Shown one piece after another: positions 1-9,278 of a DNA stretch of 64,000 nt. Every line of letters begins with the position of its first letter. Position 1 is the first letter of the stretch. Under the pieces are notes generated by a model. The model was not told the origin of the DNA, did not search any database, and saw nothing but the letters and a program-made list of their open reading frames with translations. The DNA lies in assembly GCA_036158955.1 (NCBI GenBank), contig JAYYFI010000018.1:35868-99867 (forward strand), given 5' to 3'. This stretch comes from Pseudomonadota bacterium (GTDB lineage: Bacteria > Pseudomonadota > Gammaproteobacteria > Ga0077536). The position numbers and the translations under genes were made by a program.

Positions 1-418
1 AAAATTGACATGTATAAGTTGTTTGTTTATCGGTTTGTATTTCCCATTTATTTTCGGATGCCAAGTATTTGGCTGATGTTATAGCGGTGCTAAACTCAAT
101 ATGCGGTCTTAAATTAAACCGGTCTGCGACGTGTTGCATATATTTTAACGTTTCTGGTTGAGGTGCAAAATGCTCAGACCAGTTCCAATCTTCTAATAGT
201 TCATCAGAAAAGGAATAGTGGTAGGTGTAGCTTTCTGAGTCGAATCTGCATCCAGGATATCTATTCCAATACCAAGTCCCTCCGACATCAGTTCCTTTTT
301 CAAAAGCTTTTACCGAGAACCCCAGTTTACGTAGCAAATGTAGCTGGTAAAGACCTGCAACACCTGCCCCAATAACTATAGCATCAAAATTATGACTCTT
401 TTCTCCATCAATTTTCAT
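1..418 (-). CDS. Baeyer-Villiger (type I flavin-containing) monooxygenase, N-terminal fragment; the gene continues beyond the window start
   Basis: Reverse-strand translation from the ATG at 418 gives MKIDGEKSHNFDAIVIGAGVAGLYQ...GGTWYWNRYPGCRFDSESY, i.e. the FAD-binding GxGxxG and the GGTWYWNRYPG fingerprint. It is paralogous to the full-length BVMOs at 14996-16597 and 47679-49283. The listed + ORF 163-375 is its antisense shadow. Confidence 0.8.
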   Translation of the reverse strand, partial: MKIDGEKSHNFDAIVIGAGVAGLYQLHLLRKLGFSVKAFEKGTDVGGTWYWNRYPGCRFDSESYTYHYSFSDELLEDWNWSEHFAPQPETLKYMQHVADRFNLRPHIEFSTAITSAKYLASENKWEIQTDKQTTYTCQF

Positions 419-630
419 TAACACCCACTCCTCTCAAGGCAAATAACTTATAAACTTAACCCAAATATAAAGGATAAATAAATTTATCGCTAGTAAAAGC
501 CTCAAAAATCTAAACGATATTTACGAATTCTGGCCGCTGGCAATTCTAAGTAGCCCCGGTTTTTTTCTGTTAACAAAGGGAAGATAAAATAGCTTTTATG
601 AGTTAAAATAAGGTTTTGAGTGATTAGAAC

Positions 631-1095
631 ATGAAATCTACTAATTGTCTTACATCGTCGATGATAAAAGTCGGAGACATTCTGGAAAGAAAAATATCGT
701 TTACACACCAAGATGTGGTTGACTATTGCAATTTAGCCAAAGATTTTAATGCTATTCATCATGATATAGAAGCTGCGCGGTTGCGATTCCCAAATATTAA
801 AGACATAGTAGTTCCTGGTGCATTATTACAAATATCAATAGCAGGTATTTTTGGAAGTCACTTTCCAGGCGATGGTAGTTTGGGCCTTACGTTTGAGCCG
901 GAAAGGGTAAAACGGCCAGTTTGTCCTGGAGATGAGCTTTTAGTCAAATTAGAGCTTGTTCGAAAAAAAGTTGATATGGCTGAATTTAAAATTACGATTG
1001 AAGATATGTCAGGTTTTCAGGTCAGTGGTGCAAAGTCAAGAGTGTTATTGCCTGACGATTCATATCGAAGATGGTGGGAAACTCAAAACAATTAG
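631..1095 (+). CDS. MaoC-like (R)-specific enoyl-CoA hydratase / hotdog-fold dehydratase
   Basis: A 154-aa ORF of typical MaoC dehydratase length and sequence character (I did not pick out a specific motif), sitting next to a BVMO and an LLM oxidoreductase. An alternative start at the ATG at 661 is possible. Confidence 0.6.
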   Translation: MKSTNCLTSSMIKVGDILERKISFTHQDVVDYCNLAKDFNAIHHDIEAARLRFPNIKDIVVPGALLQISIAGIFGSHFPGDGSLGLTFEPERVKRPVCPGDELLVKLELVRKKVDMAEFKITIEDMSGFQVSGAKSRVLLPDDSYRRWWETQNN

Positions 1096-1111
1096 AGGGT
1101 CAATCTACAAT

Positions 1112-1957
1112 ATGAAAATAGGACTTAATATTTTTCCCACTGACAAAGCGATCTCACCAATTGTTCTGGCAAAAGAGGCGGAGATTAGAGGTTTCGAATC
1201 ATTGTGGTTCCCGGAACATAGCCACATACCAACTAGTAGAGAAACGCCATGGGGTGGTGATCCTTCATTGCCTCCTCTTCCAGAAATGTATTGGCGAACA
1301 GTTGATCAATTTGTTGCACTTTCCGCAGTAGCTGCTTCCACAACAGAACTTAAAATTGGAACGGGTATTACCCTCGTCGCACAGCGAGATCCTATCTGGT
1401 TAGCGAAAGAAGTAGCAAGTTTAGATTATATTTCAAATGGTCGTCTTCTTTTTGGAATAGGCTATGGCTGGTGCGTTGAAGAAATGAGAAATCATGGTGT
1501 CAATTATAATGAAAGAAGGGATATTTTGAGAGAAAAAATATTATTAATGAAAGAGTTGTGGGTTAAAGATGAAGCAGAATTTAATGGAACCATACACCAG
1601 TTAGAAAAGAGTTGGGCGTGGCCGAAGCCAGTCCAAAAACCGCATCCTCCGATTATATTGGGAGGTGCGGTAGGAAAGAAAACAGCCCGACATATCGCTG
1701 AGTTTTGTGATGGTTGGATGCCATTAGGTCGTTATGGCGATATAAAAAAAGGGATAAGCCTGATTCAAGATGCAGCTGCTGAAATTGGCAGAGACTTAAG
1801 CAATTTTGAAACAAGTATGTTTTGCGTTACGCCAATTAAGAAAGACAAAATTGCGAAATTATCAGAGCAAGGTTTAACTAGACTTATCCTGCCTTTACCA
1901 GCTGAAGATGAAATTAGCGTCCTGCCCATATTGGATGAATATTCCGCTCTGATTTAA
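1112..1957 (+). CDS. LLM-class (luciferase-like) flavin-dependent oxidoreductase
   Basis: The six-frame ORF 956-1957 is N-terminally over-extended. The likely start is the ATG at 1112 (MKIGLNIFPTDK...), where the luciferase-like TIM-barrel profile begins (EAEIRGFESLWFPEHSH). It is paralogous to 13913-14953. Confidence 0.8.
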   Translation: MKIGLNIFPTDKAISPIVLAKEAEIRGFESLWFPEHSHIPTSRETPWGGDPSLPPLPEMYWRTVDQFVALSAVAASTTELKIGTGITLVAQRDPIWLAKEVASLDYISNGRLLFGIGYGWCVEEMRNHGVNYNERRDILREKILLMKELWVKDEAEFNGTIHQLEKSWAWPKPVQKPHPPIILGGAVGKKTARHIAEFCDGWMPLGRYGDIKKGISLIQDAAAEIGRDLSNFETSMFCVTPIKKDKIAKLSEQGLTRLILPLPAEDEISVLPILDEYSALI

Positions 1958-3155
1958 TCGTTGCCCATGTAAAAATGGGTTTTTCAAAAACATTTTTATT
2001 TTTTTCTTTGTCAAAACCTACTTTAAGATTTGTAGTCTCACTTCCGGCGCCATCAGGTCTGAACACGACTGATTTAAGTTTACGACAAACAAGCCTATTA
2101 ATTTTTTTAGTTCCTCCTATGCCTTCTATTGGTCTTGAGGATTTTACTTTTCCATTCTTTTGCAAAGATATTTGGCATGTTATGTGGAAGTTTACGGGCT
2201 TGGATTGAAAGTGATTTAAAAGTTTAAAATAACTGAATTCATATAAGTTTGTTGTTTGATCGAGTCCTATATTGTTACTCTGATTGGTATATTCTTTAAA
2301 TTTGCGATAATTACCATGTAGTAGATGCCAATCTGCTTTTATTCTAAGAGTAATTTGCAAAAGATTGTTGGCGTTTTCTTTTTTCAGCAGATCGATAGCT
2401 TCTTTAAGGTATCTCTCTCCCAACATTCTGAAGTTTAGAATTGAGTTTTTTCTAGATAATTTCTCAATCGGATCCGTTTGTCTATCTGAGTATATTTTTT
2501 CTTCTTCGATTCCAAAGATAGGCTCACCTTTCCAAAGCAAAAAGTGTTGTTCGATTGCAAAAGTGATAGCCGAGCGTAGCCAGAGTGCTTCTGCTACTAT
2601 TTTTGGGCATATTGTAATTATTGTCTGTTCTAATATATTACCCAATGTTTCGTCAGCTTGAAGAAGATTTTGGTATGGTGCAGTCGATTCATCGTAAAAG
2701 GCTAAATTTAAATAAGAAAGCGCACTCCACATCGAATACTGAATTTTATGAATTGGGTGTATTTCCTTTGATCTTAAAATAAGGTTATTGAAAATGTTCT
2801 GATATTTGTAATAGCGAGAGAAATCTTTTTCAGAAAGAGTTAGCTCCATCAATGGTACTAAAGCTTTAATTTGTGTTGGGGAGTATAAGCCGTAGTTTCC
2901 TCGCATCATTCTTAATGCTTTCTCAAAAGAATTATACCCACTTTTATATTTTTTATCGTGGAAATTTTCAAGTCCGGTAGTTAATAATGTATTTATCTCT
3001 TTTGAAATTGTGACATTAACTTCAGTATGCAGTTGATTATTTAAAGATTTTTTACTAAAAAGAAATGAGTCTGAGGTATCTGAACAGTCCACTTTCTCGA
3101 TTGAAAAACATTTCAAAGAGCAGATCAATAGTAATAAAAAGGCTATGTATTTCAT
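1914..3155 (-). CDS. hypothetical secreted protein (signal peptide), unknown function
   Basis: A long ORF. The plausible start is MKYIAFLLLLICSLKC (N-terminal signal peptide) at 3155. I recognise no family. The 3' end overlaps the LLM gene by about 44 nt, so the C-terminus may be mis-called. Confidence 0.35.
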   Translation of the reverse strand: MKYIAFLLLLICSLKCFSIEKVDCSDTSDSFLFSKKSLNNQLHTEVNVTISKEINTLLTTGLENFHDKKYKSGYNSFEKALRMMRGNYGLYSPTQIKALVPLMELTLSEKDFSRYYKYQNIFNNLILRSKEIHPIHKIQYSMWSALSYLNLAFYDESTAPYQNLLQADETLGNILEQTIITICPKIVAEALWLRSAITFAIEQHFLLWKGEPIFGIEEEKIYSDRQTDPIEKLSRKNSILNFRMLGERYLKEAIDLLKKENANNLLQITLRIKADWHLLHGNYRKFKEYTNQSNNIGLDQTTNLYEFSYFKLLNHFQSKPVNFHITCQISLQKNGKVKSSRPIEGIGGTKKINRLVCRKLKSVVFRPDGAGSETTNLKVGFDKEKNKNVFEKPIFTWATIKSERNIHPIWAGR

Positions 3156-3171
3156 TACTCTCTCAACCATC

Positions 3172-4575
3172 TTATATTCGGTTAATTGATCTAAGGTTTT
3201 CGTTATGTGTTTGTCTAGAGATATTATAGAAAAACAACAAAGATACAGCTATAAAATAAATAATGGCCAAGCAAATTAGGCTAGTTAAAACTAATTCATT
3301 TACTATGGACCCAGGGATACTTTTTTCTGTGGAATCTTGAGGGAATTCTACAAACTTAAGAATCTGGCCGGCTAAAAGGATTCCAAGACTGTTTAGAGCT
3401 TTTTGAGTAAAACTGCTTGCTGCATAGTACAGACCTTCTGACCGTTGAAAATTTTTCTTTTCATTGTCTTCAACAATGTCAGCAAACATTGCAGAGAAAT
3501 AAATAGAAGCCATTATCGCTAAGCTAGTTTCAATAAAAGAAAAAATCATTAGCATAGGCAATAAAAATTCGGAATTATTTTGAGGGAACAGTCCAATAAA
3601 TCTTAAAATAAAAGGTATTGGTGCTATAAAAATACATAATACAACGCACAGGATAGCACATCGTTTTTTGTCAAGTTTTTGTGAAAATTTTGGTGCTAGT
3701 ATCGAGGCCAGAATCGCAGAAAGGAATAAAGGTAATTGCAGAATGCCAATCTCTGCTGTACTTAATTCCCAAAAATGGCGAGTGAAATAGATTCCAAGAC
3801 TCATAGTAACTCCAGCTGCCATGGCAAAGAACGAAGCAGAGCTAAATAGAGCGAGGAACTGCCTATTTGTTATCGCGTCAATTGTATAGATCAAAATTTG
3901 CTTAATAGGTTTTCTTTGTGGTGGAGGCTGAGGCAAATTAGGTATTTCGTAGTGAAGACCTATTCCACTGCAATAAATTGACGCTATGATTAAGCAGGAA
4001 GCAGTTAAACCGTAAGAGCTCCAACCTTCCAAATAATTTAAGCCTCCTTTTTCTTCAGGTAAAAAAACCAGATACACGAGGGTTGCCATAGTAAGCCCGC
4101 CCCACCAACCGAAAAGATACCTGGCGGCTGAAAGTTTTGTCCTTTTATCGTAATCTAGAGATAGTTCTGGTCCCAAAGCCACCGATGGTACTTCATAAAA
4201 TGTCATTAAAAATCTTGTTAATATAGTTAGACTGATGAAATAGATAAACAAATTGTCTTGGTCGAGCGATGGTGGACTCCATAAAAAATAATAAGAAACA
4301 GCGGCTGGCAACCCAAAAATATAAATAAATAAGTGTCGCCTACCTAATTTCGACCTAAAATTATCAGATATTGTTCCTATTAGCGGATCCGTGAAAGCAT
4401 CGATTACAAGAGCAATCGCTAATCCGAATGAAACTTTTTCAGGTGGGAGGCCCATAATCTGGCTATAAAAATAGAGAAGTAGGTAATTAAATCCATTGGC
4501 TTTTACGCCAAATGCTACAGCGCCGCTTCCGTAGAATAGAAGGTGATTTTTAAAATTGTCTTTAAAAATTTTCAT
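3172..4575 (-). CDS. MFS transporter, glycoside-pentoside-hexuronide (GPH)/cation symporter-like
   Basis: 467 aa with about 12 predicted TM helices. The N-terminal FYGSGAVAFGVK...DAFTDPLIGTISD signature resembles MelB/GPH-family symporters. Confidence 0.75.
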   Translation of the reverse strand: MKIFKDNFKNHLLFYGSGAVAFGVKANGFNYLLLYFYSQIMGLPPEKVSFGLAIALVIDAFTDPLIGTISDNFRSKLGRRHLFIYIFGLPAAVSYYFLWSPPSLDQDNLFIYFISLTILTRFLMTFYEVPSVALGPELSLDYDKRTKLSAARYLFGWWGGLTMATLVYLVFLPEEKGGLNYLEGWSSYGLTASCLIIASIYCSGIGLHYEIPNLPQPPPQRKPIKQILIYTIDAITNRQFLALFSSASFFAMAAGVTMSLGIYFTRHFWELSTAEIGILQLPLFLSAILASILAPKFSQKLDKKRCAILCVVLCIFIAPIPFILRFIGLFPQNNSEFLLPMLMIFSFIETSLAIMASIYFSAMFADIVEDNEKKNFQRSEGLYYAASSFTQKALNSLGILLAGQILKFVEFPQDSTEKSIPGSIVNELVLTSLICLAIIYFIAVSLLFFYNISRQTHNENLRSINRI

Positions 4576-4670
4576 ATAGACTCTTTTCCTGAAAGGATAG
4601 CTCCCTGGTCCAATCGATAGCCATTAAATTTCTATGGCTCAAGCTGTTTTTTGATGTTATTACTATACGT

Positions 4671-5573
4671 ATGAATTCAGTAGATATCACTAAGTTAATT
4701 ACGATGTTACGGATGAAACCGATGTTTTCTCATGAGTTCTCTGTTGCTTCCATGAGGGAAGCTGTTGATTATGCGGGCAATAAGGTTGTTCCCCTGCCAG
4801 ATATAGTAAAGGAGAAAGTTGGAAGCGAAAGCGGCTTGGAAATTTTTAAATTTAGCCCTACTATTTTAAGTCATAGAAATGCAATTTTATACTTACATGG
4901 AGGAGGTTATTGCATCGGATCGACCTCATCTCACCGTCCGATAATAGAACGTCTTTGTGCTGACTTTGGTGGGGTTGTTTATTCGTTGGATTACAGGCTA
5001 GCGCCCGAGTATAATTTTCCAGTGCCCTTAATTGATTCAACTAGAGCTTATCAATGGCTCTTGTCAGAGGGTTATTCCTCAAGTGAACTTGCGATAGTAG
5101 GTGACTCAGCCGGAGGTGGGCTTACTCTTTCAACATTGATAAATTTAAGGGAGGAGGGTATCCCACTACCAAGTAGTGGTGTGCTTATTTCCCCTTGGCT
5201 TGATCTATCCTCGAGTGGAAATTCGATCACAAAAAATGAAAGTATTGACCCCATAATTAATAGAGAAACACTTAACTCTTTTGCTTACAAATATTTAAAT
5301 GGAGCTTTGCCAACGACTCATTTAGCTTCACCATTATTTGCTGAATTAAATGATTTACCTCCTATCTTGTTGCAGGTTGGAGATATGGAAATGCTGTTCG
5401 ATGATTCGATTCGACTTAAAGAGAAGGCGGCCGATTACAATATTCAAGTAGAGTTAAAAATATGGAAAAAAATGGTTCATGTTTGGCATATATTTGCTCC
5501 AATTTTACCAGAGGGTCAAGCAGCGATTATAGAAATCTCAAGTTTCATAAAAAAAATGATGAAACTTGATTAG
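4671..5573 (+). CDS. alpha/beta hydrolase, hormone-sensitive-lipase (fold-3) family esterase/lipase
   Basis: It has the HGGGY oxyanion-hole motif and a GDSAGG nucleophile elbow, characteristic of the Aes/HSL family of carboxylesterases. Confidence 0.8.
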   Translation: MNSVDITKLITMLRMKPMFSHEFSVASMREAVDYAGNKVVPLPDIVKEKVGSESGLEIFKFSPTILSHRNAILYLHGGGYCIGSTSSHRPIIERLCADFGGVVYSLDYRLAPEYNFPVPLIDSTRAYQWLLSEGYSSSELAIVGDSAGGGLTLSTLINLREEGIPLPSSGVLISPWLDLSSSGNSITKNESIDPIINRETLNSFAYKYLNGALPTTHLASPLFAELNDLPPILLQVGDMEMLFDDSIRLKEKAADYNIQVELKIWKKMVHVWHIFAPILPEGQAAIIEISSFIKKMMKLD

Positions 5574-5579
5574 AACGAA

Positions 5580-6449
5580 TTAAAGTTGCCCTGTCGCTTT
5601 AGCAGCTGAAATATCTGACTGCTCTTGAAATTGGGGTGTTTCATCTCTTTCTTCTCTAGTATCAACACCCTCTGTTGAACTAGCTTCAACTTGCCATGTC
5701 TGTTCACCCCATTCATTATGAAGGATCCTGGGCTCTGTTTCTTTATCTTCCGATTCAAATAAATCCAGAGCACTTTTGATTATCGAAATCTGATCCTTCA
5801 CATCAAAAGGTCTGCCAGCGGAGTGGCCTAGTGGGTAGTTTGTGAATACTGCTCTTGGCGGTTTCCCACTTTGGAAAATATCAAGCGCTGAACCGACGCA
5901 GACTGTGGGCAGCTTATTCTCTTCAAGGTATCTAGCGATCAAACACACGGTTTGATGACAAACTGGTCACATCGGAACTAGCAGTGCGATGTCTACCTTT
6001 TGACGTCGGAATTCGGATAATACTGCTGGGGCTAGCTCGCTTAAAACTCGCCTCTGGGAATAAATGCCGCCCATACAGCTGAGAATTTCATTCGCTACTG
6101 ATTTAACATATCCTTTTGACTCAAGGAAATTAAGCTGATTAATTGGGAAAATACAATTTGGATCTTTTCTAGCATTAACTAAGTAATTTTCGGTTATATG
6201 TGAAAAATGTATATTTTGGGTTGCTGTTTCCTTTTTAATTTTTCTGATAGAGGTATCGTCTTTGTAATGAAACGCTTTTTGGCCGATAGCATATGCACCA
6301 GATGTTGAAAGAAGTCCAAGTTTACTTTCCTTAACTGGTAACTTTAAGTTACATTTATGTGTCTCACTATCAGCCTTGAACCATCGATAGGGTTGGTAGC
6401 CTAAATTTTGGTATCTTTGTTTTATAACATCTATATAATCGACAATCAT
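5580..6449 (-). CDS. GrdB/PrdB-family (glycine/betaine/proline reductase B-subunit-like) reductase; candidate selenoprotein with in-frame UGA (Sec) at 5967-5969
   Basis: Two same-frame ORFs (5967-6449 and 5580-5948) are separated by a single TGA. Read-through gives ...ALLVPM-U-PVCHQTVCLIARYLEE..., a UxxC redox motif, for about 290 aa in total. The downstream piece has only a GTG start and no independent RBS. A 7-bp stem / 5-nt loop hairpin with a GU-containing loop (AUCAAAC-CGUGU-GUUUGAU) begins 11 nt after the UGA, which is the geometry of a bacterial SECIS element. Confidence 0.55.
5938..5956 (-). ncRNA. SECIS-like mRNA stem-loop immediately 3' of the in-frame UGA
   Basis: mRNA sequence: UGA CCAGUUUGUC [AUCAAAC CGUGU GUUUGAU] CGC. 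It has a 7-bp stem and an apical loop containing GU. An alternative 5-bp pairing GUUUG/CAAAC also exists. Confidence 0.4.
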
Positions 6450-6570
6450 TCAAAGAGCTTACAAGAGCTAAATATGATAGTCTACAAATAAATTATAATT
6501 AATTAACAAAAAAATATTTGTTAACAAACTAATACATTGTTTCAATTTTAAAAAGGATTTAGGAGGAGAA

Positions 6571-7245
6571 ATGGGAGACATTACATTAACTAGTTCAGAT
6601 GGCCATCGTTTTGATGTGTTTGAAGCTTTGCCAGAAGGAGAAGCCAAAGGTGGTATAGTAGTTTTACAAGAAATATTTGGAGTCAATCAACATATTAGAG
6701 AAGTTGCTCAAGGATATGCTGATAAGGGTTATGCAGCACTAGCTCCAGCGATTTTTGATAGGGTGGAACGAAAAATTGAATTTGGTTATGAAGATCAAAG
6801 CGAATTTGATAGAGGGCTCGACATTGCTTTTTCTAAACTTTCGATTGGCGATGCATTGGTTGATATCCAAACTACTGTAGACGCACTTGCCAAATTTGGC
6901 AATGTAGGCGTGGTTGGTTATTGTTTCGGAGGACTACTGACATGGTTATCTGCCTGTAGTGTATCTGGATTGTCGGCAGCGTCTTGCTATTATGGTGGAG
7001 GAATATCCGATAACCTAGACCAGGAAAACAAATGTCCTACGATTATGCACTTTGGTCTGAAAGACCCGTATATACCTGTTGAGCAAATTGAAAAAATAAA
7101 AGCGAAATTATCCCATCTTGATATTTATACTTATGATTCTGATCATGGGTTTAATTGCAATCATAGGGGGAGCTATGATGAGAATAGTGCTGACCTGGCT
7201 TTGAGTCGAACCTTAACTTTTTTCGCTGATAAACTTGGTTCATAA
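6571..7245 (+). CDS. dienelactone hydrolase family protein (carboxymethylenebutenolidase-like)
   Basis: 224 aa of typical DLH length, with a strong AGGAGG RBS directly upstream of the ATG. The family call rests on overall N-terminal sequence character. Confidence 0.8.
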   Translation: MGDITLTSSDGHRFDVFEALPEGEAKGGIVVLQEIFGVNQHIREVAQGYADKGYAALAPAIFDRVERKIEFGYEDQSEFDRGLDIAFSKLSIGDALVDIQTTVDALAKFGNVGVVGYCFGGLLTWLSACSVSGLSAASCYYGGGISDNLDQENKCPTIMHFGLKDPYIPVEQIEKIKAKLSHLDIYTYDSDHGFNCNHRGSYDENSADLALSRTLTFFADKLGS

Positions 7246-7269
7246 GCCAAGAATTAAGAAGTTAGCGAG

Positions 7270-8469
7270 TTGGATAAAAATGATTATTTGAAACTTTTTT
7301 TAATTGCTACGGTTTTAGCTTTAGCGTATGGAATTTGGTATTCCTATAGTGTATTTCTAGTTGCATTTGATGAAACGTTTAATTGGTCACGGTCAACTCT
7401 CGCTGCGGGCTTCTCAATTTTTGCATTAGTTCACGGCGTTACTAATCCAGTATCGAGCGCTTTGTGCGACAGAATTAATTCAGGTATCTTGGTTGTAGCC
7501 GGTGGATTCTGTATTAGTATCAGTCTGCTATTGGTAAGTTTCATAAAGACTCCCTTCGATTTATTTTTATTTTTCGGGGTCTTTACCGCTATTTCTGTCA
7601 GTATGTGTGGTTGGGGTCCCTCTTTGGTACAAGTTCAAAGGAGTTTTAAACATAACTTAGGGTTTGCCATTGGTTTCGTAAGTTCAGGGATTGGGGTTGG
7701 GATGGTGATTGCGGTGCCGCTCATTCAGCTTTGTATTGACACTTTTGGTTGGCGGAATTGCTTTAGAATCTTATCGGTCATCACTTTTGTGGTCATCATT
7801 CCTATTGGGTTATTTTTGACTAAAAATTTCGTCGCTGGTTTGTCGTCGCAGTCGTTGGATAATAAAAACCCAAAGACATCTTCTCTTAATCTTTCGCAAG
7901 CATTTAAAACTGGTCAATTCTGGCTACTGGTTTCTTTATACTTTTTTGGAAGTATGGGGGCTCAAACTTTGCATGTTCACCAAGTCGTGTATCTGGTTGA
8001 AAAGGGAATATCACCAATTGTCGGTGCATCGGTTGTAAGTGTTGTTGGTTTATCAAGTATATTTGGCAAACTAGCCGGTGGGTATTTGTCAGATAAGGTT
8101 GAGCGCGAAAAGGTTTTTATTGCTGGAAACATAATTTTAATTGCGGGAATTTTTATATTATATTTTGCAGGAGAGAAAGCTTCGGTGCCGTTGGCTTATA
8201 TTTTTGCTATTTGTTTGGGAATAGGTTACTCGTCTACTGCAGCAATAGCCCCAGCTATAATAAGTGATCACTTCGGAGGAAGGCATTTCGGAAAAATTTT
8301 AGGAATTGGTTTATTTGGAGGAGCTTCTGGCGCTGCGGTTGGTCCTTTTGTTGCGGGCGAATTATTCGACAACTTTGGAAATTATAAGTTAGCCTTTATT
8401 TTTGCGGTAGTTTCAATTCTGATTGCTTTGTTATGTTGCACAGTGGTTAGGTTAAATAAATATAAATAA
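7270..8469 (+). CDS. MFS transporter
   Basis: 399 aa with 12 predicted TM segments and MFS-like loop motifs. The start appears to be a TTG at 7270, since there is no in-frame ATG near the N-terminus. Confidence 0.75.
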   Translation: MDKNDYLKLFLIATVLALAYGIWYSYSVFLVAFDETFNWSRSTLAAGFSIFALVHGVTNPVSSALCDRINSGILVVAGGFCISISLLLVSFIKTPFDLFLFFGVFTAISVSMCGWGPSLVQVQRSFKHNLGFAIGFVSSGIGVGMVIAVPLIQLCIDTFGWRNCFRILSVITFVVIIPIGLFLTKNFVAGLSSQSLDNKNPKTSSLNLSQAFKTGQFWLLVSLYFFGSMGAQTLHVHQVVYLVEKGISPIVGASVVSVVGLSSIFGKLAGGYLSDKVEREKVFIAGNIILIAGIFILYFAGEKASVPLAYIFAICLGIGYSSTAAIAPAIISDHFGGRHFGKILGIGLFGGASGAAVGPFVAGELFDNFGNYKLAFIFAVVSILIALLCCTVVRLNKYK

Positions 8470-8492
8470 ACAATATTATCGGAGAGAATTAA

Positions 8493-9278
8493 ATGGAATT
8501 AGATTCAGATATAACTGCGATAGTCACTGGCGGGGTTTCCGGTTTGGGAGCGGCAGTAGTTAGTGCACTGAGAGAAAGAAAAGTAAATGTATCGGTTTTC
8601 GATTTGGGTTCAGATAATTCGAGTCATAATTCCAAAGACCCCTACGTCAACTATATAAATTGTGATGTTGCTGATCAAGATAGTTGTTTATCGGCATTTA
8701 CGTCATCTCGTGAACGTTTTGGACAAGAGCGGATTCTTATAAATTGCGCTGGAATTAATTTTGCCTCAAAGACCGCGTCAGTTGGGAAGAAGGATAAAAT
8801 TATTAAAACTTTTCCAATCGACCAATTTATAAAAACAATTAATGTGAATTTGATTGGTACATTTAGATGTGCGTCATTGTCCGCTGCTGGAATGCTTGAC
8901 CTCCCAGTACTTGGTGATAGTGAGGAACGCGGGGTCATTATCAATACTGCTAGCATTGCAGCGACAGATGGACAAATCGGCCAGGCGGCTTATGCTTCTT
9001 CAAAAGCAGGGGTTGTTGGCTTAACTTTACCTGTTGCGAGAGATTTAATGGATTACGGGATCAGGATTAATACCATAATGCCGGGAATTTTTGATACACC
9101 AATGCTAGCGGCTTTGCCTGATAACGTCAGGGATGCTATCGCTGAGAATATCCCTTTCCCAAGAAGGCTAGGTCAAACTGAAGAGTTTGCGAAGCTTGCA
9201 CTTAGTATCATTAATAATAGTTATTTAAATGGAGAAAGTATTCGGTTAGATGGTGGAGTAAGACTGGCAGCAAAATAA
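8493..9278 (+). CDS. SDR-family oxidoreductase, 3-hydroxyacyl-CoA dehydrogenase type-2-like
   Basis: TGGVSGLGAA Rossmann motif, the SDR catalytic YASSK (YxxxK) motif, and a C-terminal substrate region like HSD17B10/FadB2-type enzymes. Confidence 0.8.
   Translation: MELDSDITAIVTGGVSGLGAAVVSALRERKVNVSVFDLGSDNSSHNSKDPYVNYINCDVADQDSCLSAFTSSRERFGQERILINCAGINFASKTASVGKKDKIIKTFPIDQFIKTINVNLIGTFRCASLSAAGMLDLPVLGDSEERGVIINTASIAATDGQIGQAAYASSKAGVVGLTLPVARDLMDYGIRINTIMPGIFDTPMLAALPDNVRDAIAENIPFPRRLGQTEEFAKLALSIINNSYLNGESIRLDGGVRLAAK

Noticed and set aside
163-375. 70-aa + strand ORF
   Set aside because: It lies entirely antisense to the well-supported BVMO N-terminal coding region (1-418, minus strand) and has no recognisable domain. 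It is a shadow ORF.
5580-5948. Stand-alone 122-aa ORF downstream of the 160-aa ORF
   Set aside because: It is not an independent gene. It has only a GTG start, no RBS, the same frame as the upstream ORF across a single TGA, and continuous homology. I interpret it as the C-terminal half of one UGA-containing (Sec) gene.
8675-8956. Multiple 60-120 aa ORFs lying antisense or out of frame inside larger genes (for example 5072-5254, 8675-8956, 9349-9593, 24076-24711, 34050-34364, 59705-60154)
   Set aside because: Each is fully contained within a longer ORF with clear family-level homology on the other strand or frame. They have no RBS and no domain signal, and are typical six-frame noise.
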